DNA of 64,000 bases from an uncultured bacterium (GTDB taxonomy: Bacteria; Omnitrophota; Omnitrophia; Omnitrophales; Aquincolibacteriaceae). The position numbers and the translations under genes were made by a program. Shown here one piece after another: positions 31,301 through 35,497 of the stretch (within the stretch, counting starts at the first letter, position 1; the number at the start of each line of letters is the position of its first letter). The notes under the pieces were generated by a model. That model was not told the DNA's origin. It saw nothing but the letters and a program-made list of their open reading frames with translations, and ran no database searches. The DNA lies in NCBI GenBank assembly GCA_964562525.1, contig CAZLTL010000009.1, positions 11,352 to 75,351 of the forward strand, given 5' to 3'.

Positions 31301-34058
31301 TTTTAATCGCTCGGAAGCCCGCAATGTTGCGCAAGACTTTTTAGATTGGGTTAAAAATTCAGACTTTATTTTTAGGCTGGGTAATTTAAATCAAATTGAA
31401 TTATTGGTGCGCGATGGAATTGAGCCCGATCAAATATCCATCGCAAGTTTGTTAGGCCCGACCGGCGGCTTCGCATTTGGCTTTGATATCCCGCCAATTT
31501 TTTATGAAGAAGGTGTAACCATTATCAATAGCGGACTTTATCAAGCGCTTCAAGATCGAGTGAATGGCCGTGATTTTTATGAAGCGCGATATTTGGATGG
31601 TGCTAATCAAGAAATTGGGCGTGCTTTCAATCATGATCATCGGCGGAAATATGGTCCGGGAATGGGTGCTGTTAAGGGCGGTTCCAAGCATAGCCACAAA
31701 AGCCAAAACCGATCTGAAATGCGTGATGCTTCGGCCGAGGATGCGCTGGAACTTTTGCGCAAGGCTGCGGGTATGGTCAAAAGTCCTGAGCATCGTGTTC
31801 CGACCGGAAACCAGGAGACAGCGGGGAGCGCTCAAATGCGCGACGCAAGAATTTTGGAAGTCGTTCTTGTGATTGAATCTCGGCCGCAAGTTTTGCGCGC
31901 CGTTGCAAAGCTTGTGCGCGATAAGGCTCCCAAGCCGTTGTCAGCGGAAATGGAAGCGGATTTAGTTCGGATTGATACTAAGGCCGAGCAGGCAGAGAAT
32001 AAAAAAGCGCGCCTTGATCAAGAGCCCACGCCCATGCCGGATGCCATAAAAGAGGCGCTTGCCGAACGGGAACAAGCCGCAGAGGCAGCTTTGTTGGCCC
32101 CAGTTTCGAGATTAGTTGCGGCTGAAGCGAAGGCGAAGGCAAAGCCCGCCCAAGAAGTTACGGCGGAAGAAATAACTGCGGTTCAACCGGAAGCGCTTGT
32201 TGAGCCGGTTCAAGCGGATATGATCGATCCTCGGCTACGTAATTTACCTGGCTTAAGAAAAGAATTTGCGGCGAGAACACCGTCCGACCGGCGCAGTTTG
32301 GGGGCTATTCTCAAATCGGAAAATCTTGATCAAGCTTTTATTCAATCGCTGACAGCCGTTTACCGTAAGCATTACGGGTATATGAAAAAAGTGATCGCGG
32401 AATTCGGATTTACGGATTATGACCAGCTGCGGCTTCTGACCAAAGAGCTGGATTTTGATTATAAAACGATTGTGCTTGAAGACGGGGACTTGCTTCAAGG
32501 TGTCGAAAAGTTGCAGGGCGTCGTAGATAAACAAGCCGAGATTTTAAAATTGGCGCAAAAAAATGACTGGGATTTACCAAAACTTCAGAATGTTTTATTC
32601 GGAGGACAGTTTTATTATTTGGGAGATTTGATTAAAGGATTGAATCTCGCCGCGGATTTTAAAGCCGAAGTTGAAAAACGGTACCTGGCCGCTCAAGGCC
32701 GTCCTTTTAAAGATAAAACAGCTTCTTTTTTTGGTTTGAAGCAAGATGGGTTTAATGATTTGATTGCGAAGTTGCGAATAGAATTGCCGCTAATAACTGC
32801 GACAGAATCTTCTTCCATGCCGGCTGCTGTAAATAATCCCGCGGAAGACCATGACGCGGCCTTGAATTTTTTGCGTGCCAATGATTGGAATATCACAAAG
32901 CTGGTTGCGCATATCCGTGAGTTGGTACACTCAAGCGGTGCCGCCGCGGAGACCCGTGAATATGCGGATGTTTTGAAGCCGCTCAATTTGAAGGTTGAAT
33001 TTAAAGCTGAATTTGAAAAACGGTACCGTGCTCGTTACGGCTATTTCGCGGGAGTGGTGAAAGATTTTGGTTTGGGTCAAACGGATGGTGCCATTCGTGA
33101 TATTTTAAAATTGTATGAAATTGATCCCGCCCAAATTGATTTGAAGCAAGGGGACTTGCTGGTGGGCGTAGATTTGGGTAAGAATCGCGCGAAGGCGAAA
33201 GAAAAGCTCATGCAAAAGGTAAATGCCAAAATGGCGAGCGAAGGCTGGGATTGGAACTTGCCCAGCATCCTGAAATGGGCACAAGATTATGCGGGTGGGC
33301 GCTTGAATTATTTACAGATGTTTAAAGCTTTGGATATTCGCGCGGAATTTGAAGCGGAGCTCGAAGCCACGCGCGCCCGGACCAAAAACGCCGATGAAAC
33401 CGCGCAACGGTTTGGATTTAAAAACAACAGCAATCTTAAGTTTTTACTTAGCCAGCTCAAAAGTGATGTGCGTTCTGAAATGCGCGGGGAACAGCCTTCA
33501 GCGATTCAGATAATGACTGCGCGTTTATTTGCGGCCGGATTTTTATCTGTTGAAGATGCGGTTTATTATTTAAATCATCGCGAGGAGTTTTTGGAAATTT
33601 TACCGCAACTGGTTTCGGCCGAACTTCAAAAGCAAGAGATGGAAAAATTACAGAGTATTTTGGGTACAGATATTACCGTGAAAGACGGCGTTATTTTGTC
33701 TTCGGGATTGGTCGAGCAAGGATTTTTGGCGGCTGCCGGAAAAATATTTAAGGATGTTCCGTTTGCCTTTATCGCGCAAGGGGAGCAAAAATTAGAAGCT
33801 TTGAAGTTAATTGAGCAAGAAGGTTGGGCGGACCAGATATTTATCGCGGAGAGTATTCAGCATGCGCAAGCGCTGCTTAAAAAGCACGGCGCCACGCGCA
33901 TTCAGGGAATGGCTCTTGCGGGCGAAGAGCTCTTGGGCGTGCAGGAAATCGTTTCATTTACAACCGGCCAGCTCCAAAAGTTTTATAAGCAAGCCGGAAT
34001 TTTGAACGAAGTTCAACATTGGGCCCAAATTTTCTCTGCTTTCGCTTCCGCTGCTTAA
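13353..34058 (+). CDS. Giant multi-enzyme membrane protein (6901 aa) with two glycosyltransferases, a deacetylase, a kinase, a phosphatase, a receiver-like domain and two PEP-synthase-like phosphotransfer modules
   Basis: A single uninterrupted ORF in the track. Motifs read in the translation, with approximate nt positions in brackets. N-terminus MRIKKLTSWFLTICLLITQILTPDLAQA|AS is a signal peptide. GTIIHIQDAH ... SIVVTGGFHKEG is a possible TraB/GumN-like domain (13530-14850). DLHGG / GDLVDRGDD / GNHD are the PPP-family GDxHG, GDxVDRG and GNHE signatures (15690-15970). 'GGEKASVLA...LGVPVPPGFVVP ... LFLAVRSGSTFVMPGQ ... AWGTPLIVQKYV' resembles the PEP-synthase/PPDK N-terminal ATP-grasp (18930-19950), and VVVSSEGGALSHAATSAAEGQVPAVVGV resembles the PEP-utilising phospho-His swivel (20215-20300). 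LVVIPIANEKS ... VVFLDADL resembles a GT-A/GT2 fold with a DxD motif (20590-20905). Two hydrophobic helices LLFAGAFVLGIGLLQTILGLAAFKVALGLVGAALVGVTFFSAF lie at 21945-22075. SPHPDDDVIAA is the PIG-L/LmbE AHPDDE motif (23253). EHGDLHFGNIM ... GNDPLYDFAKLL are APH/choline-kinase-like motifs (25437-25560). APFFKRGGLADVAGDLP ... EPHGLFQLQAKRLGATPITSNVHGLGETV are glycogen-synthase GT5 motifs (26180-27410). YFVVLDDKTYLL ... VVITDYQF is receiver-like (27775-28150). A second swivel GIVFSREGAGHLATRARALGVPLVY (29175) is followed by a second ATP-grasp ALVIQEMAG...VLIHTAEPASRDPNIMMIELIPGSGRALTSPEP (30070-30200). Four ~110-aa C-terminal repeats sit at 32250-33500. Confidence 0.8.
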   Translation: MRIKKLTSWFLTICLLITQILTPDLAQAASLVFAPAQSEAQSVAAWEPSTLTGKVTQRVLTENSKGTIIHIQDAHAVFEAQKNIQSLIAQVNKVASAEAIFIEGGIGKLDPQMKHFFPDGLTLNPETREAWMKEGHLTGAEAYLMENQRARGFGIEEMKSYWDNVELYRRVDAMQNESAEFLKSWYEVWQEEAGKNFKPSLKKYLQTYAQSQVEVSASALWFDALSEYIKAEWNRDLSSIEEQIEFPMLTRYIYLKKMDGTPDFSKIEKQKQEFFASLKGLDRSPSTDSIFREIDNLIEKSKTEAIDFSGAREAFEQLAAYLPDDFSIERWPDLKKLIERIILAGEMDSEKLLREAKRLHIQVIKKDAQAKTQRTLALLLEKQILLTKLLSLELTREDFQKTLDHPAQPQELAAELERISNNAPEAAGRIFGSAQSGFTKINQTYNQAVAFYQGAINREAAMERAILEKTKSGQISIVVTGGFHKEGMESFARQQNWNYVSVMPRISKIQPEDFAHYRRALLGEGSARSEMGTPSEVAAALLTSAEVFKDPRAAAREEAALVLSGSEEAMRRLAHHDEARKGKNAPRMKKAAERPRTSDRPLSEWEGARARPSARSETRLQEAIQKLDQWKLRHQGSDILERYESDPFMTRLEAQASLIFKQLRLNELTVGERAQFVQSAFGDVQPAVSDFVAGWIDSFSPEILNSADPIDYKAFHQVSSNMSNLEYRYSLMQNQMIRTAGNLVFDLSEQEKRFFELEYLWHEFDKEMQKSGTGDIPVVAAMQDLHGGTRRALGLIAKLYGLPPDSFKKIKNLTDLKRLLDEQNLSTASLSGRVVGFSDLVDRGDDPVGAMELAREFNENSLGRFILGNHDLWRIMGVLGVHQLFGKEKEEDFDVTEKADHPAWWAWEAFHHAGWGDRELEQLNERRINSRIREANSAIQRHNQSFPDQAQLLLEEVNLEAFGEELNKKLKEAKKKNEAIRGAWQKAVVDEDKAALADSRPKKTIREPEFVPLPDVFQETLKYTYEVVEKYEESVRKLKQQGVDLATDFKSIRVVTRDNYQQDPDVLNNMLWQVQKFRLFYIDILGNLHMHNIIPMDYEAGGMAVHYRGLDGIAALELMTKDIREFFEQVTIDDLMGPPEKISEFRQRMWNAVGEAFTIINSWYSDRVPVAKAIAVQKFIQEGNIEWYLGSAGAFVDREISGVVFWGHNEAKKFVEANLARFIIYPQHGSGLINIDGGMSKGYENRGLEVTFGLRNEAGHIQGLQAWGYHSKGTDQDTETVVDLTRSGELTDAMSDEQKVLLGHLTHGPTYLRWQRHKILTLLDRGLESFLRSSTGQRREKIVKLRKLQKHVHEHLKSDKDPLRSIEAVRSIAPEEAVQTVDFSVMDQIESVKTWKEAFSVIEKILALPTTDLAVAALKRFILKVRFNGAGFEFAQEHSSDDYSDDIYEKGRELGEKIIEKYADHPELVRHFVFSMPFDLDRDKKNKRELWGLAADFDDRWMRDEDGGETGYANTLRRLIHRAGFSFSKAMELVQVYIDYLTNPKTDGAWENVRRVAVVNFPSAADRELRDEVQKQMSQGKSLGQIQSEPFQILWDMREKILLAQNGIRHKEFFDRWQRSLLAQTHPEIQPWIDRILRPQMPRDDLYAVNEAMNWVSELGKKQLPPEIRYEQIHFYQSLGSILQDLIPSYLEGISELPDIERFRHIAEVVVVLQPMLNRLRDQGYLTRDSKDWIVSLQESSLQLDQIYDLLQKIREDISFFTGKFFDSYNQEAHLLFGENTVTLETTLNMLLKEEQEVKLAGQLIEVLSHAIQGMPMEYRQRKWRSLSDVFPSTQDARPQGHAAFAFFNQPQIWMNQNTRRIWGGEKASVLALARNRLGVPVPPGFVVPADFFMTLQTSQAWGQFNQELIRGVHQIGKEWNDASSEQLRFGDPDRPLFLAVRSGSTFVMPGQLATFIMIGMTRPILKKMIQSDSPKEGYLAYYYFLFSAAELLDIPSEEMHQRVKTYLESINEAKVQDLQIEQMRKLTEWMERLFAEKQMGENLEDLLAYPDKQLFLAASKVRQSWDDEHARAYRVENNISEAWGTPLIVQKYVLGSSEKKSGSGLARSRNSKGEKILNGDWLAAAQGLDLVSGFQTPRSLDALAEEQPVIYDQLRQMVESLEAYFGRPVLVEFTVSNGRLWILQVSRDKSVKSLKLPALYLKDLRQQTILGQGASVYASSGGFRGKAVYDLLSAFDADGRLNSGWLQEIQQQKLDGLIWIVESMTPKKTAMMLKAKKELESQGLRLVVVSSEGGALSHAATSAAEGQVPAVVGVQQMQFSSGEVRVLNGAVLLPKSVLTIKFDNGSIYYGRVPLELERSEARSEIRLPKKPEWLEDKARANYEAIYGKNGFLDSLEHKIETNRNLRKMLESAEILVVIPIANEKSWARTSNLIDDVRRYARENSAKKLKIVAIAEEGSPTAVRLAPRQDEGFQILYKDKKDQGKGASEFAGIYLASRSLKKGPEYSGAQAVVFLDADLKLSNGQESAKSLLGSLISEIEKHPHSAMVLLHALKRRFSDDDGLAHFWTLAFTEALYGLSFFQSHGGEFAVSREAVKALLESGKSGDEPAMSVHDVYDLEHPLMLRLASLISRKKLPESYLVQHTKVYKDHTETEPERIFKRMEEELIPRLFETALSDQDFIQARPDLSQNLFYDEDGLKRRVRDKEVNTTKFFDMAGSFLQNHFHELEPLAHLDRHPELEPFLRGLESERAQIQSAAMARDYIHFEFHPVFFGQVTRNALFLFAAEPEEEKRKDITRRYMLFVKAAFFDYAATILKENPNALLLDVVLNRKDAPFAQAIEGAFRSEIRAGKPSFLSKVQGHVDGRLLFAGAFVLGIGLLQTILGLAAFKVALGLVGAALVGVTFFSAFRGIYLDAKRKAKLAQNERFADLERKHQLRSKVWTALDAWPAPAIQTWIEKEESAAIPDLSQIRDHYVLGALHFKKAAGYFRAGMDAELSNAEIARGIRFELKIARDEFQRVDYDRDAGVLLNALNRLALDSEEPSPALIHFVEYFILARLRAQPRKAWADAPLPQGGYVLGKNPTSAELKNYLLPLKKNAVVFLLPGESKIAFKLKPLYRDLRKNKNNIRFVELKPQDYASREALIDKIRQTDSEKADILITPFAGLMPEKNNPYPAELQRYFEDAKDLYEVEIGKRVDQIFYETDLVPTLANYFVAADEKTARISSQSLFEGHKTQEFRTPYSVITVLMAFVAGTLGMKKGILKFSEKPTLADAFYRTGIYGDERPQQPNEPSKLRRIFLVSPHPDDDVIAAKAVLAEAMKLAQEGEVVAEVIVMQPGENGVVDLNETQMKEALRLALGYDAGDLNAARVTELKKAWGKTLIEIRTLHENVLAEYKERYPAAAEKFKAKLETFKGVDFDALFDAAANQAWSYEELAKSGIQKKEINQATQALLKETAKYFIRRIENQRAIDFFNEAYPGKIRAQFFPEFLGYPSSGPQDLRFIHELEEHAAVVLQHLLMKFERSVKDAPKEAVISIVAPHRVDSHPHHVGSWKVINEAMKLWSTQASRQSSRDVEVLYYFAPWSGNLPAYHLSPQTKKSTNADLLRALIAGELTASRFGLPSPKELQTMQAQRYLVRPSILNARSEVRSNRQEKSTKFFLAAAEALKKGDRRRFESEKSKLEKLGMRVLAVGNSEFFPENWKTKRPRVYTRAEREEVLRLVTAKVKKTMTPQEKRQLRVTVESQILAIGEDEVGLIGVQNYAEGESSKFNDPHLQVVSASDSSRLESMTRQLASGFMNMTQYGGAANIEYQVQYLWWGGTEAFTATSEQLHGGSYSEVHRFFNPDGSSHVVKTADPRKDGGKLLNEAKMIQSLPEDAAAFFPKILKVIDQPGKTEVWMEDLQGASLTGLINSAPGMVHMSRKEDLLSFSPFVVARQIYSLLLGIFYMRKKSDTPDDFAEKYHFSKLEKRWQEAEAVSPAFKKWINAPYVKVYDHRGQEHLLPNFKMMLRIFRALAKAYPDYFKPPYLSYEHGDLHFGNIMADIFDVISDKALLRFKLIDPKWMPEGNDPLYDFAKLLHNLFGHYDLALDHSDTYHFNMQDPGTSADPLEMSDYVDDEAVGTLEMLERTRQFQIETWDFLRTHRGAAFPFEKDPVAWRVRLLFTEASLIAGLFPFHIKSLEKTSILYERALTLFNNTIGLFASLQDSSLIPSKDKKLRKALRKLISAQQAVNEPAFVKALSQVDSLVSARSESRERYQQTPEQVSKMVYPFQSIAHISYEMAPFFKRGGLADVAGDLPPEMINLRPGMDVAMVMPYHKDLKLEGSESPRSIGKLEFEEKETREKYEFEIFYLKHRGVNVFFLAHPDFFQLGYNNPDADRERIFFAKAATEFMVQRNLKFDVIHAHDQAAALVPAFVRYTRDDFFKNSAVIYTAHHFSPAYQGRMDLSKKGMLTSLGMPDELFKLGGQMELNGHLNPVKSAIEVSDFVTTVSQAFAVDAVFSGLSDGLQGSLHKRFNEKTLVGINNGMNLDLWRPDVAPGVEIPFRPDDLTDGKAANKAVLQQALGLAVSPAAMLATMFARFDGVKGFDIVAQAAAPLLYQFKDLQFVFGGGGDPAITDQLLGIQADPLFKGRMVVIPQFVSESVIQRVLAAADIGFAPSRVEPHGLFQLQAKRLGATPITSNVHGLGETVYDRRHGDLLQTGIKFGLGQPALELGVGLARFATMREVAPEFVRNMRDDAMGSVRSWQQIAPEYFDLYTQAVQNRRQFIQNRSEARTVDPVKEPVFDQQGWSQREREESPVAVPSPQTFKGKYFVVLDDKTYLLESYEQILKSHGAENVLMGASSEDGLRLVAELKAKGVADEDIVVITDYQFKGEDTALNLINFLRAPKDQAVFKGPILIVSGSIVSRHEIPGIQEGKLSEEMHKKYGLAYLEKNGGYYFREQLLAALGEVIKNHVDADAFAREPLAVKTAEEMQIPQAQVHLQGAINDWEAAAGRAVIQSLEALLAAAPELSEEQVAFIGKRLNQILKRIEFGAIDRRMKFERRVHDYKSALHQVLTVEMREALDAAEALSGVKTEALKAELSRLESFLKSAFHNAYFLQQLFDVLRRLDKIQKMEPLLQQAVIRFQQQHEGKASEAWDPASGIAQGFAELQNFEAEIARKEIEKALIAWGRLRNDYKAVEETLKPLIGEQLGTRSSAFLEAMSATINELFQAYVSQYGVAGLKAAEPGRAAGRIKILKGTEDQIRAELEQLDANQIVVIDQDYSSLSAAGDQQSGIVFSREGAGHLATRARALGVPLVYLPDAVELLPEGMPVVLTSENGKGILRPAAQKEMADAKILKKSRVQVKPVPVNWDVEPQMHMYYAMNIDWKSKASLDELSSIMGPKAARLFMMNRDHEQTYASVPTSLFLNFPFFKLVLEANPEAAEKIRLLEAEIQGLMVQVDKAVPLDLVRQKLMQIQNIVGELRIPENLQREIREFRNQREYRPLEEYEIRSGYKPWIPRLIARLSTNTEDLENNPGVGAGVYGSNEIGSDLNTVSQEDYLKIVMRTFSSFWSWEAFADRRFYGISEEEAFPALVIQEMAGRDDGYSVLIHTAEPASRDPNIMMIELIPGSGRALTSPEPKLQGEPFRFYFDKTSAEVVSEGDERVHLRPVMATKKYTVSLKDGSLEPLDYRQYPDLIDSGRVKELVSMIASKASKIETYFGRPMDIECMIERMYEFVQGHPDYDPNKKVNVAVFVQARPQGGFEVYKSSRQFDVERKKRVEFIRQWIARYGEANLRDLSFYLGPDHEKAYGLGIDYSPDESRGMAETFGELISNNSPYQIMPAVIKILMTEKEFEPVREGILRRFFFYAKWQHASLTALLENLYEKDKDLFYQILPYMIPSFGKHPDPNLPEAEWFDAANESLFARFLVYSHLAYDMTEFVKPLPTDQLAALINLINNSGFLMSGRHETEEQLAEAFAARADKEQWMDYIEERFKDKHPSFFNRSEARNVAQDFLDWVKNSDFIFRLGNLNQIELLVRDGIEPDQISIASLLGPTGGFAFGFDIPPIFYEEGVTIINSGLYQALQDRVNGRDFYEARYLDGANQEIGRAFNHDHRRKYGPGMGAVKGGSKHSHKSQNRSEMRDASAEDALELLRKAAGMVKSPEHRVPTGNQETAGSAQMRDARILEVVLVIESRPQVLRAVAKLVRDKAPKPLSAEMEADLVRIDTKAEQAENKKARLDQEPTPMPDAIKEALAEREQAAEAALLAPVSRLVAAEAKAKAKPAQEVTAEEITAVQPEALVEPVQADMIDPRLRNLPGLRKEFAARTPSDRRSLGAILKSENLDQAFIQSLTAVYRKHYGYMKKVIAEFGFTDYDQLRLLTKELDFDYKTIVLEDGDLLQGVEKLQGVVDKQAEILKLAQKNDWDLPKLQNVLFGGQFYYLGDLIKGLNLAADFKAEVEKRYLAAQGRPFKDKTASFFGLKQDGFNDLIAKLRIELPLITATESSSMPAAVNNPAEDHDAALNFLRANDWNITKLVAHIRELVHSSGAAAETREYADVLKPLNLKVEFKAEFEKRYRARYGYFAGVVKDFGLGQTDGAIRDILKLYEIDPAQIDLKQGDLLVGVDLGKNRAKAKEKLMQKVNAKMASEGWDWNLPSILKWAQDYAGGRLNYLQMFKALDIRAEFEAELEATRARTKNADETAQRFGFKNNSNLKFLLSQLKSDVRSEMRGEQPSAIQIMTARLFAAGFLSVEDAVYYLNHREEFLEILPQLVSAELQKQEMEKLQSILGTDITVKDGVILSSGLVEQGFLAAAGKIFKDVPFAFIAQGEQKLEALKLIEQEGWADQIFIAESIQHAQALLKKHGATRIQGMALAGEELLGVQEIVSFTTGQLQKFYKQAGILNEVQHWAQIFSAFASAA

Positions 34059-34096
34059 ACTTTGTTCTTTGTTCCTTGTTCTTTGTTCCTTATAAT
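34059..34096 (+). promoter_or_regulatory. Short tandem repeat (tttgttc/tttgttcc x4-5) immediately after the giant-gene stop, embedding a candidate sigma70 promoter (-35 TTGTTC 34069-34074, 16-nt spacer, -10 TATAAT 34091-34096) for the downstream gene, possibly giving a leaderless mRNA
   Basis: Sequence 34059-34105 reads actttgttctttgttccttgttctttgttccTTATAATtctcgaactATG; the ATG at 34106 lies only ~10 nt after the -10 box. Confidence 0.3.
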
Positions 34097-34105
34097 TCTC
34101 GAACT

Positions 34106-34963
34106 ATGACGACTGCCGCACTTAAAAATATCCGTTTCGGGCACAGCCCGGATCCCGATGATGCGTTCATGTTTTACGCCTTCGCGTATGAAACCATTCC
34201 TATGCGCGGGTTCAAAGTAACGCATGTCATCGAGGATATCGAATCACTCAATCAGCGCGCGCTTAAAAACGCTGAGTTGGAAGTGACCGCGGTTTCTTGC
34301 CATGCGTATGCGTATCTTTCCGATAAATATGCGGTAATGCGTTCCGGCGCCAGCATCGGCGAAAAGTATGGGCCGATTCTTGTTTCTAGAAATGCGGAAA
34401 AAATTTCGCCCGAATCTATCCGCGGGAAGAGAATCGCAATTCCCGGAAAACTTACGACGGCATATTTAACTTTACAGATTTTTCAAAAAGACTTTCAGGC
34501 TGTTTTCATTCCTTTCGACAAAATTATGGACGCGGTCAAAGCGGGTGAAGTGGATTTAGGTTTGGTGATTCATGAAGGCCAGCTCACGCATTCCGCTGAA
34601 GGCTTGCACAAGGTTTTAGATCTCGGTGAATGGTGGCATCAAACAACAGGCTTACCTTTACCGCTCGGCGTGGATGTCATTCGCAAAGATTTAGGTCAGG
34701 AAACGATGCGTGACTTTGCTTTGCTTTTTAAAGAAAGCATTCAGCACTCGCTGCAAAACCGCAAACCGGCTTTGGATTACGCGATCCAATACGGCCGTGG
34801 GTTAAATGAAGATTTGAATGATAAGTTTGTGGGAATGTATGTGAATGACCGCACCGTTGAAATCGGCGCTGATGGGGAAGCCGGTTTCCGCCGCTTGCTT
34901 AAAGAGGGCTATAAAAAAGGCATTATCCCTAAGCCTGTCGCGATTGAATTCATCCCACAGTAA
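34106..34963 (+). CDS. MqnA/MqnD-family protein (futalosine-pathway menaquinone biosynthesis; likely 1,4-dihydroxy-6-naphthoate synthase MqnD)
   Basis: The track ORF (34019) overlaps the giant gene; the first non-overlapping ATG is at 34106 (MTTAALKNIRFGHSPDPDDAFMFYAFAYETIP...). 'GHSPDPDDAFMFYAF' matches the MqnA/MqnD 'SPCPND(T)F.FYA' N-terminal signature, and the ~285 aa length fits. Confidence 0.5.
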   Translation: MTTAALKNIRFGHSPDPDDAFMFYAFAYETIPMRGFKVTHVIEDIESLNQRALKNAELEVTAVSCHAYAYLSDKYAVMRSGASIGEKYGPILVSRNAEKISPESIRGKRIAIPGKLTTAYLTLQIFQKDFQAVFIPFDKIMDAVKAGEVDLGLVIHEGQLTHSAEGLHKVLDLGEWWHQTTGLPLPLGVDVIRKDLGQETMRDFALLFKESIQHSLQNRKPALDYAIQYGRGLNEDLNDKFVGMYVNDRTVEIGADGEAGFRRLLKEGYKKGIIPKPVAIEFIPQ

Positions 34964-35058
34964 TTTTTTTTCTCTGCATCTAGGGCGCTCCGCCATTTAA
35001 AGCTTTTCCTTACTCAGCCGTTAATCGAATCAGACTTAATGTCTTAGGAGGCAATTTT

Positions 35059-35439
35059 ATGAAGATCAAAGCGGCTGTTTTGGCGGTACTATTTTTAGGC
35101 TTGGCTCAAGTAAGTTATGCAGATCATCACGAATCGGATGGCTGCGGATGCATGGGTAAAAAAGTAATGCGCGGCGTGGAAGGCGTAATTACTTTTCCTC
35201 TGGAATATGTGAATCAGTACGAAGTGCTGCATCATAAAAATTCAGCGCCGGCCGCGGTCATCGGGTCTGTTTTTTCCGGAACGGCGATGAGCGTAAAGCG
35301 CATTGTGAACGGGGTTTATGATATTGTGACTTTTCCGGTCAAAGTTCCCGGTAATTATGGGCTTTTGCTCGGAGATAAATATGATACGGCGCTTGATGCG
35401 TATCAGGGGAATCACGGAAGCTGTTCAGCCTCAAAGTAA
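35059..35439 (+). CDS. Small secreted hypothetical protein (126 aa; His/Cys-rich mature N-terminus)
   Basis: AGGAGG RBS 7 nt upstream. Signal peptide MKIKAAVLAVLFLGLAQVSYA|DHHESDGCGCMGKK. Confidence 0.5.
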   Translation: MKIKAAVLAVLFLGLAQVSYADHHESDGCGCMGKKVMRGVEGVITFPLEYVNQYEVLHHKNSAPAAVIGSVFSGTAMSVKRIVNGVYDIVTFPVKVPGNYGLLLGDKYDTALDAYQGNHGSCSASK

Positions 35440-35460
35440 AAAGAGTTTCTTAAAAAAGAT

Positions 35461-35497
35461 AAAACCGCGCGGAATTTTCCGCGCGGTTTTGCTTTTT
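35461..35497. terminator. Bidirectional rho-independent terminator between convergent genes
   Basis: aaaaCCGCGCGGaattttCCGCGCGGttttgcttttt: a self-complementary GC stem flanked by A-run and T-run, between the stop at 35439 (+) and the stop at 35496 (-). Confidence 0.6.

Noticed and set aside
13853-33268. Dozens of short minus-strand ORFs inside the 6901-aa gene (for example 28582..28965, 29053..29490, 31452..31889).
   Set aside because: They are antisense to a continuous 20.7-kb reading frame whose domains are recognisable along its full length. No independent support.
34019-34105. Track start of the MqnA/D-family ORF at 34019, overlapping the giant gene's last 40 nt.
   Set aside because: The encoded extension (MGPNFLCFRFRCLNFVLCSLFFVPYNSRT) is translated from the tttgttc tandem repeat. 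The ATG at 34106 follows a TATAAT box.
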